Origin: an uncultured Gammaproteobacteria bacterium
GTDB lineage: Bacteria; Patescibacteriota; Microgenomatia; UBA12405; JAHJSD01
Direction: 5' to 3'
Length of the DNA: 64,000 bases
Assembly (NCBI GenBank): GCA_964428655.1
Contig: CAYRYE010000001.1
Coordinates: 137,328 to 201,327 of the forward strand
Shown here in pieces: positions 48,463 to 58,682 of the stretch. Made by a program: the position numbers and the translations under genes. The notes beneath the pieces are model-generated. The model did no database searches. It saw only the letters and a list, made by a program, of their open reading frames with translations, and was not told the origin of the DNA. Numbering within the stretch: the first letter of the stretch is position 1; each line of letters opens with the position of its first letter.

Positions 48463-50280
48463 TTAGCGTTTGTAGGCGCTGGCTTGAAGGGTGAACAAAT
48501 TGACATATTTGCCTTTTTGCGTCATTAGTTTTTTATGACTTCCGCTTTCAATTATTTTGCCCTTATCTATGACATAAATTTTGTCGGCATTGCGGACAGT
48601 AGAAAATCTGTGAGAAATCATAATAGCCATTTTGTTTTTTTCAAATTGATGAATTTGTTTGAAGATTTTGTGTTCAGAGGCAGGGTCAATGGCTGAAGTT
48701 GGCTCGTCGAGAATAAGCAATGGCGCATTTCTGAAAAAAGCCCTGCTTAGGGCTATTTTCTGCCATTGGCCGGTAGATAAGTCAGTTCCTCCTTCAAATT
48801 TTTTGGAAAGAATAGTTTTTTCTTTCTTGTCGAGTTTCTTAATAAATTTGCCGGCATCCGATTTGTTAATTGCTAAATTAAACATTTCTTTTTCAAAAGG
48901 CCTGTCAATGTTTCCCAATCTTATGTTTTCCTTAACAGTGTAGGCATAGCGATTAAAATCCTGAAACAAGACGCCGACATTTTTTCGCCAATAATTTAAA
49001 TTTATTTCTTTTAGGTTCTGATCATTGATTAGGATTTTGCCCTTGGAAACATCATAAAACCGAGCGAGTAGTTTAACAATGGTAGTTTTTCCTGCGCCGT
49101 TTTCTCCAATTAAGGCTATTTTCTGATTTGGCTTGATTGTTAAATTAAAGTTTTTAAGAACATATTTTTCGCTGTTAGGATATTTAAACCAGACATCTCG
49201 GAATTCAATTGTAAATGGCAGCTCAACCTTTTTGCCTTTTGTATTTTTGTTTATAATTGGCTTTAGATTTAAAACAGTAAATAAATCTTTAACATAAAGC
49301 AGGTCTTCGAAATTTTGGGACAAATTTTTAAACAACCCTTTGAAGCTTTCACTTAGACTGTTAATTCTACTAATATAAAAATTCAGAGTGCCGATACTGA
49401 TGATGCCGCTAATGGCTTTTATAAAAACGGAACAGAAAATAAACGCATTAATAGTGAAGGCGAAAAGCGAAGTAACAATTCTATTTTTGGACATTTTTTT
49501 AATTTCCTTTTTTTGATGGCCGAAAAATTCCCCGTAGAGTTTTTCAATTCTTTTTAAAAGAGTTTTTTGAATATTGAAGATGTGGATTTCTTGGAGGCAT
49601 TTATCGTTTTGCAGATACCAAGAAGTGTTCCAAAAATCCCTCTTGATTGCTCCCTTTGCTCCATGAATATTCCAAACAGATCGGCTGAACTTTATTCCTA
49701 CTATAAATTCTGGAATTGTAGAGACAAAAATGAGCAGGAAATAAATTGGTCCCAAGCCAACAATAATAATAGTATTGGAAATTACTGAAACTAAATTTTG
49801 TAGCAGCCACATTTGTCTGTTAGCAAAATTAATTGGTCTCCAGGTGTATGTTTCCTTAACTTTGTTGAGAAGATTGTTGAGCCTTGGGTTTTCCCAATGT
49901 TCAAAGTCCAAGGAAGCGAATTTTTCGTTTGTTTTGATGGTTAAAAAGCGGCCAAAGTCCAGATAGGTGACACGGTCGCAATAATCAATAATTCGCCAGG
50001 TGAAGCGACCAATAAGTTCAAGAGCAAAAAAAATAATGATTAGTTTTGCGAAAAAGAAAAAATTAGCCGTGTTTTGCTGTTGGCCTACGCTGATAAGCGC
50101 ATCAATGATAATTTTCAAGATATAAGAATAACCAATTGGGGTTAAGGCAGTAATAATTACTCCAACCATTTTTACCAAAGTGGCACTTTTGTTGGATTGG
50201 TAAGACAGTAAAGCAGTTCTGGTTGAGTAATACCAGTATTCTTTTAATTTGGCTAAATATGTTTTGGTTCTTTTGAGCAT
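48463..50280 (-). CDS. ABC exporter, fused permease/ATPase
   Basis: N-terminal TMs; GENGAGKTT, LSTGQWQKIAL.RA, ILDEPT, ISHRFST. Confidence 0.93.
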   Translation of the reverse strand: MLKRTKTYLAKLKEYWYYSTRTALLSYQSNKSATLVKMVGVIITALTPIGYSYILKIIIDALISVGQQQNTANFFFFAKLIIIFFALELIGRFTWRIIDYCDRVTYLDFGRFLTIKTNEKFASLDFEHWENPRLNNLLNKVKETYTWRPINFANRQMWLLQNLVSVISNTIIIVGLGPIYFLLIFVSTIPEFIVGIKFSRSVWNIHGAKGAIKRDFWNTSWYLQNDKCLQEIHIFNIQKTLLKRIEKLYGEFFGHQKKEIKKMSKNRIVTSLFAFTINAFIFCSVFIKAISGIISIGTLNFYISRINSLSESFKGLFKNLSQNFEDLLYVKDLFTVLNLKPIINKNTKGKKVELPFTIEFRDVWFKYPNSEKYVLKNFNLTIKPNQKIALIGENGAGKTTIVKLLARFYDVSKGKILINDQNLKEINLNYWRKNVGVLFQDFNRYAYTVKENIRLGNIDRPFEKEMFNLAINKSDAGKFIKKLDKKEKTILSKKFEGGTDLSTGQWQKIALSRAFFRNAPLLILDEPTSAIDPASEHKIFKQIHQFEKNKMAIMISHRFSTVRNADKIYVIDKGKIIESGSHKKLMTQKGKYVNLFTLQASAYKR

Positions 50281-50296
50281 TTGCTTATTTATCTTT

Positions 50297-50392
50297 TTCT
50301 GGTTCTGGTAATGAAGCAGTGATGGTTATTTTTTGACCTAAAAGATTAAAAGAAGACATAACATTGTTCATTTGGTTATAGGCGTTGTTGAG
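50297..50392 (-). repeat. Second copy of rmuC 3'-terminal 96 bp (direct repeat with 51073..51168)
   Basis: 95/96 identical; single difference at 50384 vs 51160. Confidence 0.95.
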
Positions 50393-50443
50393 CAGGAAGA
50401 TTATTAATAAACTCATTTTGTTCTATATCCTGGGGTTCCTAAA

Positions 50444-51019
50444 TTACTCTTTTATTCCTCTTGTTTGCTTTCTTCTTCTCTTTCTATCTTTTTCCTCTAG
50501 TTTTTCAAATTTTCTTGGTGAAAGGACAACTATTGTTTCTCCACCTATTTCTTGTTTCTCTTGGCAAGAGCCTGTCCCGTCTGTGCTTGCGCATTTATTT
50601 GCTGGTCTTTTAAAGGAGCAAGAAGCAAATCTCACAGGTCCATTTTCAGTGCGAACGGGGGAAGTAATCATAAGAAATCCCCTTTTTCCTCTTTGACATC
50701 TTTTTGAACTTATTATTCTTCCCTCAAACTCATCCTTTTTTAATTCGGCCAATATTTGCCCTACTTTGCTTTTTCCAACTATAATAGATTCTCCGTTTTT
50801 CCCTTGTATTCCTTGGCAATCTCCTCCTTTTCTGCACAGTGGCGGTGATAGTACAACACCCCCATCTTGCTGCTCTCTACAAGTAGCAATACAGAAAGTT
50901 GGCCCTCTTTTACGTAGTAGCCTTTCTTCGGGAAATACGGCATAATGCACGTCTAGTTGTTGTCCTCTGCGAGTACAAAAACTTTTTACTCCTAAGTATG
51001 TTCTATACTCTCTTCTCAT
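50444..51019 (-). CDS. Cys-rich basic orphan protein with apparent internal duplication
   Basis: 191 aa; two units ..C...GP..(F/I)A.C...C...C.....GE.I.V; ATGA overlap with rmuC stop. Confidence 0.6.
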   Translation of the reverse strand: MRREYRTYLGVKSFCTRRGQQLDVHYAVFPEERLLRKRGPTFCIATCREQQDGGVVLSPPLCRKGGDCQGIQGKNGESIIVGKSKVGQILAELKKDEFEGRIISSKRCQRGKRGFLMITSPVRTENGPVRFASCSFKRPANKCASTDGTGSCQEKQEIGGETIVVLSPRKFEKLEEKDRKRRRKQTRGIKE

Positions 51020-52044
51020 ACCCTATAATAACATTTTTTATTTTTAAGTAAAGTTTCTAGTTTTTTTTTATCTTCTGGTTCTGGTAATGAAGCAGTGATG
51101 GTTATTTTTTGACCTAAAAGATTAAAAGAAGACATAACATTGTTCATTTGGTTATAGGCATTGTTGAGATGTTTGTTTAGAGTGGAGAGGTATGTTTCCA
51201 CATTTTCGTAGTCTTTTTTAAGAGCTTGAATAGTTCTTATAATTTGGCGGGCCCTTATTTCAATTTTTTGACCTTCGAAGCTCATTAAAATAGCTTTTAA
51301 ATAGGCATAGAAAGTGGCTGGAGAAACAGGTAGGACTTTTTTGTCATGGGCAAAATCCAGCAACTTCGGGTCAGAATTAATTACTTCGTAGTAGATTGCT
51401 TCTGAAGGTATGTACATCAGGGCATAATCCAGAGTTCCTTCTTCGGTAAGAATATATTTTTTCGAAATATCTCTGATATGTTTTTTAACGTCTTTTAAAA
51501 ATATTCGGCGGTAGGCTTCTTTTTCTTTCTCGTTTTCGGCGGCGTTGAGTTTTTTAAAGTTTTCCATTGGAAATTTGGAATCAATAGGAATAATGCCGGC
51601 CGTTGTTTTTACGGCAGCATCAACAATCGCTCCGCTTTTAAAAGTATACTGAAGGTGAAAAGAACTTTTGGGTAAGGTTTGGCCTAAAAGTTCTTTGAGA
51701 ACTTGTTCGCCAATGTTGCCTCTTAGTTTTGGTGAAGAAAGGAATTCTTGGAGTTGCTTCATTGACCGGCCGATCTCGCTCATCTCGCCAATATTTTTTT
51801 GGACATCACCGATAACTTTGGCGGCATTGTCCAATCTTTCATTAAGAGATTGAGTGCTTTGGTGGAGTACTTGAGCAATGTTTTTGTTTGTTTGTTCAAT
51901 GGTTTGTTGATTGCTTTTTAACCATTCAATAAGAGTGTTGTCAGGCTTAATTTTTTCCTGAATAGATTCAATTTGTTTTTTAAACCAAAAGAAAAGGATA
52001 ATGAAAGCAAAAATAATGGTTCCTAAAACTAAAATGGAATTCAT
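51016..52044 (-). CDS. rmuC: DNA recombination protein RmuC
   Basis: N-terminal TM + coiled coil, K.RG..GE, PIDSKFP, KKYI...T.DYALMYIPSEAIY, SP.T. Confidence 0.93.
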   Translation of the reverse strand: MNSILVLGTIIFAFIILFFWFKKQIESIQEKIKPDNTLIEWLKSNQQTIEQTNKNIAQVLHQSTQSLNERLDNAAKVIGDVQKNIGEMSEIGRSMKQLQEFLSSPKLRGNIGEQVLKELLGQTLPKSSFHLQYTFKSGAIVDAAVKTTAGIIPIDSKFPMENFKKLNAAENEKEKEAYRRIFLKDVKKHIRDISKKYILTEEGTLDYALMYIPSEAIYYEVINSDPKLLDFAHDKKVLPVSPATFYAYLKAILMSFEGQKIEIRARQIIRTIQALKKDYENVETYLSTLNKHLNNAYNQMNNVMSSFNLLGQKITITASLPEPEDKKKLETLLKNKKCYYRV

Positions 52045-52092
52045 CCTAAAGATATTTTAAAATAATAGGTGATAGATTTCAAAGTTTAAGAG

Positions 52093-52452
52093 ATGAGGAA
52101 AAAGAGATTAAGATTTAAAAGAAAGACTAAAAAGGATATTTTATCCTGGTTATTTAGACTTTTTATTTTTTTTCTTTGGTTGATTTTGGGCTTGCTAGTC
52201 TATTTTGTTCCCCCCAGGAATTGGTGGATTATAACGGCATTTTTCTTTCTTTTCTTTTCATCGGTTTTGTTAATAATTTTTGAATTGTTCAAAGTTTGGC
52301 GTTTGGCTTTTTTAATTGCCGGTTTTGCCACTGCTCTGTTATTGCTTCAGTTTTTTCGCCAGTTTCATTGGTTAAATCTGATTCTTTTAATTGCTTTTTG
52401 TTTAGCAGTTTTGCTTCACTGGCGGAGATTTGACCAGTCAGGCTGGTCTTGA
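52093..52452 (+). CDS. Hypothetical small membrane protein
   Basis: Basic N-terminus, about 4 TM segments. Confidence 0.65.
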   Translation: MRKKRLRFKRKTKKDILSWLFRLFIFFLWLILGLLVYFVPPRNWWIITAFFFLFFSSVLLIIFELFKVWRLAFLIAGFATALLLLQFFRQFHWLNLILLIAFCLAVLLHWRRFDQSGWS

Positions 52453-52485
52453 CAGAATTTAGCACTCGTGTTATTCTCCTGCTAA
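52449..52485 (+). promoter_or_regulatory. -35 box and CIRCE operator (HrcA site)
   Basis: TTGACA 52449; TTAGCACTC-N9-TCCTGCTAA at 52459-52485 (consensus TTAGCACTC-N9-GAGTGCTAA) directly before hrcA. Confidence 0.88.
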
Positions 52486-52497
52486 GGAAATTAAACC

Positions 52498-53232
52498 ATG
52501 GCTCAACTAACCGATCGTCAAATTATTATCATAAAAGCAATTATTGAAGAGTTTATTGAAACAGCTAAGCCAGTGGGTAGCGAGACAATAGAGAAAAAGT
52601 ATAGCTTGGGTGTTTCTCCGGCAACGATTAGGAACGAAATGAGTAAATTAACTCAAATCGGATACTTGAAAAAACCCCATGCTTCAGCCGGGAGGTTGCC
52701 TACTTCTATGGGATTGAAGTATTATGTTAAGAGTTTGATGGTGCCCAAAAAGTTATCAGTAGCGGAGGAAGTGGGTGTTAAAGAAAAAATTTGGGATCAT
52801 CGGACTGATTTTGATAGGCTGTTAAAAGAGGTCACTAAAGAGCTTTCCCATCGAACCCAAACTTTGGCTTTATCAACCACGCGTCAAGGTAATTTTCATA
52901 TTTATGGTTTGTCAAGGCTGCTTGATTATCAGGAATTTTTTGATATTGACGTTGCTAAAACAGTTCTTTCGCTAATGGATAAAGTCGATTACTGGTTACG
53001 AATTGTAGAAAGAGCTTTTGCTGGCGGCAGTGAAGAGCCCTTTTATCTTATGCTTGGCGAGGAGCTGGGTGAGGAGTTTTTAGAATCTTGTAGTTTTGTT
53101 TACCAAACCTATCAAGTTGGTCCCCAACAAGGCATTATTGGTGTAATTGGACCCTCAAGGTTGTGCTATAGCGAAGTGGTGCCTTTAGTTGACTATGTTG
53201 CCAGCTTGATTTCAGAGTTAGGAAAAGTTTAA
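52498..53232 (+). CDS. hrcA: Heat-inducible transcription repressor HrcA (short form)
   Basis: LTDRQ, PVGS, SPATIRNEM, PHASAGR.PT, GVIGP.R..Y. Confidence 0.95.
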   Translation: MAQLTDRQIIIIKAIIEEFIETAKPVGSETIEKKYSLGVSPATIRNEMSKLTQIGYLKKPHASAGRLPTSMGLKYYVKSLMVPKKLSVAEEVGVKEKIWDHRTDFDRLLKEVTKELSHRTQTLALSTTRQGNFHIYGLSRLLDYQEFFDIDVAKTVLSLMDKVDYWLRIVERAFAGGSEEPFYLMLGEELGEEFLESCSFVYQTYQVGPQQGIIGVIGPSRLCYSEVVPLVDYVASLISELGKV

Positions 53233-53249
53233 AATCTTTCTTTTGAACT

Positions 53250-53702
53250 ATGACTAGAAAGAAAATTAAAGGGAATAAAGACATCAAAAATTTAGTCAAA
53301 AAAGCAGAGGAGCTGGAAGATAAATTAAAGAGGGCTCTGGCAGATTATCATAATTTATCCCGCAGGGTTGAGGAAAAAAAGTGTAATTGGCAAGAGGTGG
53401 CTTCTGCTAGAATAATTGATAAGTTATTAGACGTTTATAATGATTTATGTCGGGCCAGAGGTCAGCTGAAAAACAAGGGTTTAGCTATGGCAATTAATCA
53501 GTTTTGGGCCGTTCTGGAAAGTGAGGGAGTGGGAGAAATAAAAACTGACGGAGAAACATTTGATCCGGAAACAATGGATTGTATTCAAGTAGTCAAGGGA
53601 TTAGAAAACAGAGTTGTCGAAACAGTAATTAAAGGTTATAGTTTAAACGAGTGTGTTATTAGACCCGCTAAAGTTAAAGTAGGAAGGGGAGATAGAAAAT
53701 GA
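53250..53702 (+). CDS. grpE: Nucleotide exchange factor GrpE
   Basis: RALADY.N..RR, FDP, KGY.L...VIRPAKVKV. Confidence 0.93.
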   Translation: MTRKKIKGNKDIKNLVKKAEELEDKLKRALADYHNLSRRVEEKKCNWQEVASARIIDKLLDVYNDLCRARGQLKNKGLAMAINQFWAVLESEGVGEIKTDGETFDPETMDCIQVVKGLENRVVETVIKGYSLNECVIRPAKVKVGRGDRK

Positions 53703-55606
53703 GCAAAATAATCGGTATTGATTTAGGGACTACTAATTCTTGTGTGGCAGTGATGGAAGCAGGCAAGCCAAAAGTGATTCCTACTTCAGAAGGAGGGAAT
53801 CTTATTCCTTCAGTGGTAGAACCCGAAAAAGGATTGGTGGGAGATTTGGCCAGAAGGCAAATGATTTTGAACCCAAAAAATACGATCTATGCTATTAAGA
53901 GGTTGATGGGGAGAAGAGCGACTGATTCTGAAGTTGGGAAGGCTAAAAAGATGGTCCTTTATGAAATTGCAGCCGGCAAGGATAATATGGTAACAGTAAA
54001 AGCGGCTGACAAAACTTATACTCCTCAGGAAATCTCAGCTAAGATCTTGCAAAAAGCCAAGACAGACGCTGAAGCCTACTTAGGGGAAAAAGTAGAAGAA
54101 GCGGTTATTACTGTTCCGGCCTATTTTGATGATTCTCAGAGGCAGGCCACAAAACAAGCAGGCGAAATTGCAGGATTAAAGGTGGCCAGGATTGTCAATG
54201 AGCCAACAGCGGCCGCCCTGGCTTATGGTTTGGACAAGAAAAAAGGGGAAACAATTGCTATTTATGATTTGGGTGGGGGCACTTTTGATGTTTCCATTCT
54301 TGAAATTGGTGACGGTGTTTTTGAGGTTAAGGCGACTAATGGAGATACTTTCCTTGGTGGTGAAGATTTTGACCAAAGGATTATTAATTGGATTTTGGAC
54401 GAATTCAAAAAGCAACAGAACATTGACTTGAAGGAAGATCTTCAAGCGATGCAAAGGATAAAAGAAGCTGCAGAGAAAGCTAAGATTGAGCTTTCTTCAA
54501 CTCAAGAGACAGAAATCAACTTGCCCTTTATTACTCAGAAAGAAAATCAACCTCTCCATATTCAATTGAAACTTTCCCGGTCTCGGCTAGAGCAAATGAC
54601 TGATGATTTGGTCAAGAGGACAATGGGCCCGGTTAAAAAGTGTTTGGAAGATGCCAAGTTAAAAACTTCGGCTATTGATGAAGTAATTTTAGTCGGCGGG
54701 CAAACAAGAATGCCAAAGATACAAGCGTTGGTTAAAGAATTTTTTGGCAAAGAGCCGAATAAGTCAGTTAATCCTGATGAAGTAGTTGCCGTTGGGGCGG
54801 CAATCCAGGCGGCTATCATTACCGGTGAAGTCAAGGATATTTTGCTATTAGATGTTACTCCATTAACTTTGGGAATTGAAACTTTAGGTGGAGTGACAAC
54901 GCCTTTAATTGATCGAAACACTACAGTGCCAACCAAAAAATCACAGATATTTTCTACAGCTGCTGATAATCAAACCCAAGTTGAGATTCATGTTCTACAG
55001 GGTGAGCGGCCGATGGCAGTTGATAATAAATCGTTAGGGAGATTTGTTTTAGACGGCATTCCTTTAGCGCCGAGGGGGATACCTCAAATAGAGGTAATAT
55101 TCGATACTGATGCCAATGGTATTTTGACAGTGACGGCTAAAGATAAAGCCACGGGTAAAGAACAGAACATTGTTATCAAGAATGCGACTAGTTTATCTGA
55201 GGAAGAAGTAAAAGGAATGAGGGAAGAAGCAGAGAAATATGCCAAGGAAGATGAGGAGAAGAAAGAAAGAGTTGGTGAAAGAAATAAATTAGATAATACT
55301 GTTTTTTCCGCCGAGAAATTAATTAAAGACGCTAAAGATAAACTGGATAAAAAAGATCAAGAAGGGGTAGAAAAGGCAGTTAGGAAGGCTAAGGATTTAT
55401 TGGCTAAACCAGAGACAAAGAAGGAAGAATATATTAAGGAAACAGAAAGACTGACTAAAATTCTCCAAGAATTGGGAACCAAGATTCATCAGCAAGCTCA
55501 AACTGACTCCCAGCAGCCGGAGACTGAAGGAAAAGGGGATGAAGAGAAGAAGAAAAAAAGGGGAGATGAAGAGAAACCACCAGAAGAAGGAGAGATTGTA
55601 AATTAA
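53699..55606 (+). CDS. dnaK: Molecular chaperone DnaK
   Basis: [47 protein letters not shown]. Confidence 0.99.
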   Translation: MSKIIGIDLGTTNSCVAVMEAGKPKVIPTSEGGNLIPSVVEPEKGLVGDLARRQMILNPKNTIYAIKRLMGRRATDSEVGKAKKMVLYEIAAGKDNMVTVKAADKTYTPQEISAKILQKAKTDAEAYLGEKVEEAVITVPAYFDDSQRQATKQAGEIAGLKVARIVNEPTAAALAYGLDKKKGETIAIYDLGGGTFDVSILEIGDGVFEVKATNGDTFLGGEDFDQRIINWILDEFKKQQNIDLKEDLQAMQRIKEAAEKAKIELSSTQETEINLPFITQKENQPLHIQLKLSRSRLEQMTDDLVKRTMGPVKKCLEDAKLKTSAIDEVILVGGQTRMPKIQALVKEFFGKEPNKSVNPDEVVAVGAAIQAAIITGEVKDILLLDVTPLTLGIETLGGVTTPLIDRNTTVPTKKSQIFSTAADNQTQVEIHVLQGERPMAVDNKSLGRFVLDGIPLAPRGIPQIEVIFDTDANGILTVTAKDKATGKEQNIVIKNATSLSEEEVKGMREEAEKYAKEDEEKKERVGERNKLDNTVFSAEKLIKDAKDKLDKKDQEGVEKAVRKAKDLLAKPETKKEEYIKETERLTKILQELGTKIHQQAQTDSQQPETEGKGDEEKKKKRGDEEKPPEEGEIVN

Positions 55607-55607
55607 A

Positions 55608-55635
55608 TTTCTAATTTCTAATTCCTATTTCCTAT
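55608..55635 (+). repeat. Heptamer tandem repeat filling dnaK-dnaJ spacer
   Basis: TTTCTAA TTTCTAA TTCCTAT TTCCTAT, running into the dnaJ ATG. Confidence 0.75.
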
Positions 55636-56467
55636 GAATCGTGATTATTATGAAACACTTGGTGTTGCCAAAGGTGCTTCCCAAACGGAGATAAAAAAAG
55701 CCTACCGGAAGCTAGCTCTAAAATGGCATCCGGATAAAAACAAATCTTCAGAAGCAGAGGAAAAGTTTAAGGAGATAAACGAAGCCTACGAAGTTATATC
55801 AGATTCAAAAAAAAGGCAGACCTATGATCAATTTGGTCATGCCGCTTTTGAATCGGGAGCCAGCCAAGGATCCTCTGCCTATACTTATAGTACTTTTGGA
55901 TCACCTTTTTCCGCCAGGGGTGGACCAACCTCTGGCTGGGAGTTTTCCAATCCATTTGAAATATTTGAGCAATTCTTTGGCGCCGCTTCTCCTTTTAGGG
56001 GTAGAAGGATACCAACTTATCAAATAAAAATAGATTTTATGGATGCCATAAATGGATTTGAAAAAGAAGTTGAAATTGATGGCAGAAAAAGAAAAGTCAA
56101 AATCCCAGCCGGAATAGCTGACGGTCAAAGAGTCGGGTTTAATGATTTTTATCTTTTAGTTAATATTGGCGAAGACCCGGTTTTTCAAAGAGAAGGCGAT
56201 GATATCTATATAAAAAAAGAGATTCCTTTCAGTTTGGCTGTTTTAGGAGGAACACTTGAAATACCAACAATTAGAGACAAAGTTAAAATACGAATCCGGC
56301 CAGGAACTCAATCAGGAGTAGTGATTCGTTTGCGCGGTAAGGGAGTGAGGTCTCCTAACAGTCGTTTTAATGGTGATCAGTATGTTAGAATTAATGTTAA
56401 AGTGCCAACTAAGTTGAAGCGGGGTCAAAAATCACTTTTAAAGAAACTTTCTGAATTTGGGGATTAA
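55634..56467 (+). CDS. dnaJ: DnaJ co-chaperone lacking the Zn-finger domain (class B-like)
   Basis: DYY..LGV, WHPDKN, G/F region, C-terminal domain; no CxxCxGxG repeats. Confidence 0.93.
   Translation: MNRDYYETLGVAKGASQTEIKKAYRKLALKWHPDKNKSSEAEEKFKEINEAYEVISDSKKRQTYDQFGHAAFESGASQGSSAYTYSTFGSPFSARGGPTSGWEFSNPFEIFEQFFGAASPFRGRRIPTYQIKIDFMDAINGFEKEVEIDGRKRKVKIPAGIADGQRVGFNDFYLLVNIGEDPVFQREGDDIYIKKEIPFSLAVLGGTLEIPTIRDKVKIRIRPGTQSGVVIRLRGKGVRSPNSRFNGDQYVRINVKVPTKLKRGQKSLLKKLSEFGD
55913..55936. mobile_element. Palindromic element within dnaJ G/F linker (peptide [10 protein letters not shown])
   Basis: GCCAGGGGT-GGACCA-ACCTCTGGC 9-bp stem with one G-T pair. Confidence 0.55.
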
Positions 56468-56498
56468 TAATTAAATTGGGTAAAGGAGGTGATAATTG

Positions 56499-56933
56499 AT
56501 GAATGAATGGATGAAAAAACTTGATAATTTTTTTCAAGATTTGTTTTTGAAAAAAGCGCCAGGACTTCCTGATAAGGCAAAGGAATGGATTGTCAAGGCA
56601 GTTCCTTGGCTAGCCCTAGTTTTTGGCATTATGGCTATTCCTGGACTCCTGGCCATTTTTGGGTTTGGAGCCATAACCACTCCTTTTTGGGTTTTAAGAG
56701 GTACGCGCTCTTTTGGCTACTTAATTGGTTTTGCCGTTTCTGCAATTCAAGTGGTTTTGCAATTAGTGGCAGTGACATATTTGTTTAAAAAAGTGCAAAA
56801 AGGCTGGCAGTTGCTTTATTGGGCGACTCTTTTGAGTGTTGTCAGCGCCATTTTGCATGTTTCCGGTTTTGGTTTAGTTGGGGCTGGTGTCAGTCTTTAC
56901 CTGCTTTACCAAATAAAGAGTTTTTATAAATAA
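56499..56933 (+). CDS. Hypothetical membrane protein
   Basis: SD AAGGAGGTG; P.LP...KEWIVK..PW motif and 4 TMs. Confidence 0.75.
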   Translation: MNEWMKKLDNFFQDLFLKKAPGLPDKAKEWIVKAVPWLALVFGIMAIPGLLAIFGFGAITTPFWVLRGTRSFGYLIGFAVSAIQVVLQLVAVTYLFKKVQKGWQLLYWATLLSVVSAILHVSGFGLVGAGVSLYLLYQIKSFYK

Positions 56934-57520
56934 GAGGGTTTGCCGTGGCCGGGGTAGAGCCGAAATCCTGAAAATTTAGAATAGAGTTTTTTTAGAGATT
57001 GCTCTAAAGCATTTGGGGACCCATAAGAAAAGTCGGTTCTGCCGATGCCATCTTTAAAGAGAGTATCGCCGCTAAAAATAATTTTATTTTTCTTGTTATA
57101 GAGGCAGATGCCTCCAGGGCTGTGGCCAGGACTATGGAGTACTATCAAGGCTTCTTTTCCAAGACTTATTTTTTCATTTTCTTTTAAAAATTTGTTTATT
57201 TTTGGTGATTTTTCAATTATTTTTCTTTTCAGCCACCACTTAGCTGATTGATTCATATATTTTAGAATTTCCTCATCTTTTTTGTGAATCAAAAAAGGAA
57301 TTTTAAAAGCCATTTGCAATTCGTTAGCGGCTAAAACATGGTCATAATGACCATGAGTAGCAACAATAGCTACTGGTTTTAAATTTTGCTGAAGGACTTT
57401 TTCACTAATATAATTAGCTTCATCACCGGGATCAATAATCAAACACTTATTAGTTTCTTCACTGATTGCTAAATAGCAGTTAGTTTGCAGCTCACCTACA
57501 ATTAAAGTAATAACTTTCAT
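56924..57520 (-). CDS. MBL-fold metallo-hydrolase (glyoxalase II-like)
   Basis: TNCY, IDPGD, THGHYDH, PGHSPG, FSGDTLF..G.GRTD, PGHG. Confidence 0.95.
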   Translation of the reverse strand: MKVITLIVGELQTNCYLAISEETNKCLIIDPGDEANYISEKVLQQNLKPVAIVATHGHYDHVLAANELQMAFKIPFLIHKKDEEILKYMNQSAKWWLKRKIIEKSPKINKFLKENEKISLGKEALIVLHSPGHSPGGICLYNKKNKIIFSGDTLFKDGIGRTDFSYGSPNALEQSLKKLYSKFSGFRLYPGHGKPSYL

Positions 57521-57588
57521 TATTGTATAATAACACCGAGATTGGGTGTCATTGACCATTTAGGTTTGATTTGGTAAACTTTCACACG

Positions 57589-58659
57589 ATGATTGACTTG
57601 AAAAAAATACCAAAAACTGAATTCTCGGCCGCTGTAGCCCAAATAGCCGGGGAGAGAAATATTGATGTTGAGGTGGTACTTGAATCAGTTCAGTTAGCTA
57701 TTTTAGCCGCCTTCAAAAGAGATGCTCGAGAGAGAGGCGAGGATGTTGATGAAGAGGCTGATTACAAGGTGAATCTAAACGCGGAGACGGGCGAGACAAA
57801 GATAGCTCTTGTTGGGAAGAATGGTAAGGAAAAAGATGTTACTCCTCCAGGCTTTGGTCGGATTGCCGCTCAAACCGCTAAACAGGTAATTCTTCAGAAA
57901 ATTCGTGAAGCAGAAAAGGATGCCTTGATTTCTCAATTTCAAGCGAGGGTCGGCACCCTAGTTACCGGAGTTGTTTTAAGAGTAGAGGGTCCAAGAGTGA
58001 TTGTTGGTATTGGTAAAGCTGAAACAGTAATGCCAAGGGAGGAACGGATTCATGGTGAGCATTATTTTTCTTCTCAAAGATTGGCCTTTTACCTAAAAGA
58101 AATTATCAATGAGGAAGACCAGAAAATGATTATTGTTTCCAGGGCTGCTCCGGAATTAGTTGTTGAGCTTTTCCGACGTGAAGTTCCTGAAGTCTCATCG
58201 GGAGCAGTTGAGATTAAAGGGATAGCCCGGCGGCCAGGAGAAAGAACTAAAATTGCTGTTTTTTCGACTCAGCCTGGAGTTGATCCGGTTGGTTCTTGTG
58301 TTGGTCAAAAAGGAGTTAGGGTTCAGGCAGTCATTGGGGAATTGAATGATGAGAAAGTAGATGTTATTCCCTTTAACCAAGACCTAAGGCAGTTTATTAT
58401 TTCTGCCCTTTCACCAGCGGATGATATTAAAGTAAGTGAAATTGATGAGAAGAACAGAATAGCGGTAGTTATTGTTGCCGATGACCAATTAGCAATGGCA
58501 ATTGGCGAGGGTGGAGAGAATGTTGGCTTAGCGGGGAACTTAACCGGATATGAGATTAAGATTAAGGGAGAAGCAAAGAAAGAGAAACAAGTAAAGGAGA
58601 AAAAAGGAAAAAAGAAGATAAGTGTTAAAAAAGACTCAGCGAAGTCTGGCAAACCTTGA
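57589..58659 (+). CDS. nusA: Transcription termination/antitermination factor NusA
   Basis: FGRIAAQTAKQVILQKIREAE, EVPE, PGERTKIAV, DPVGSCVG.KG.RV, AIG.GG.NV. Confidence 0.97.
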   Translation: MIDLKKIPKTEFSAAVAQIAGERNIDVEVVLESVQLAILAAFKRDARERGEDVDEEADYKVNLNAETGETKIALVGKNGKEKDVTPPGFGRIAAQTAKQVILQKIREAEKDALISQFQARVGTLVTGVVLRVEGPRVIVGIGKAETVMPREERIHGEHYFSSQRLAFYLKEIINEEDQKMIIVSRAAPELVVELFRREVPEVSSGAVEIKGIARRPGERTKIAVFSTQPGVDPVGSCVGQKGVRVQAVIGELNDEKVDVIPFNQDLRQFIISALSPADDIKVSEIDEKNRIAVVIVADDQLAMAIGEGGENVGLAGNLTGYEIKIKGEAKKEKQVKEKKGKKKISVKKDSAKSGKP

Positions 58660-58682
58660 GATGGGGGGAAACAAATTTATTT

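Noticed and set aside
50297-51168. DGR template/variable repeat pair
   Set aside because: Only one, synonymous, difference between copies and no reverse transcriptase in the window; fits duplication or integration better.
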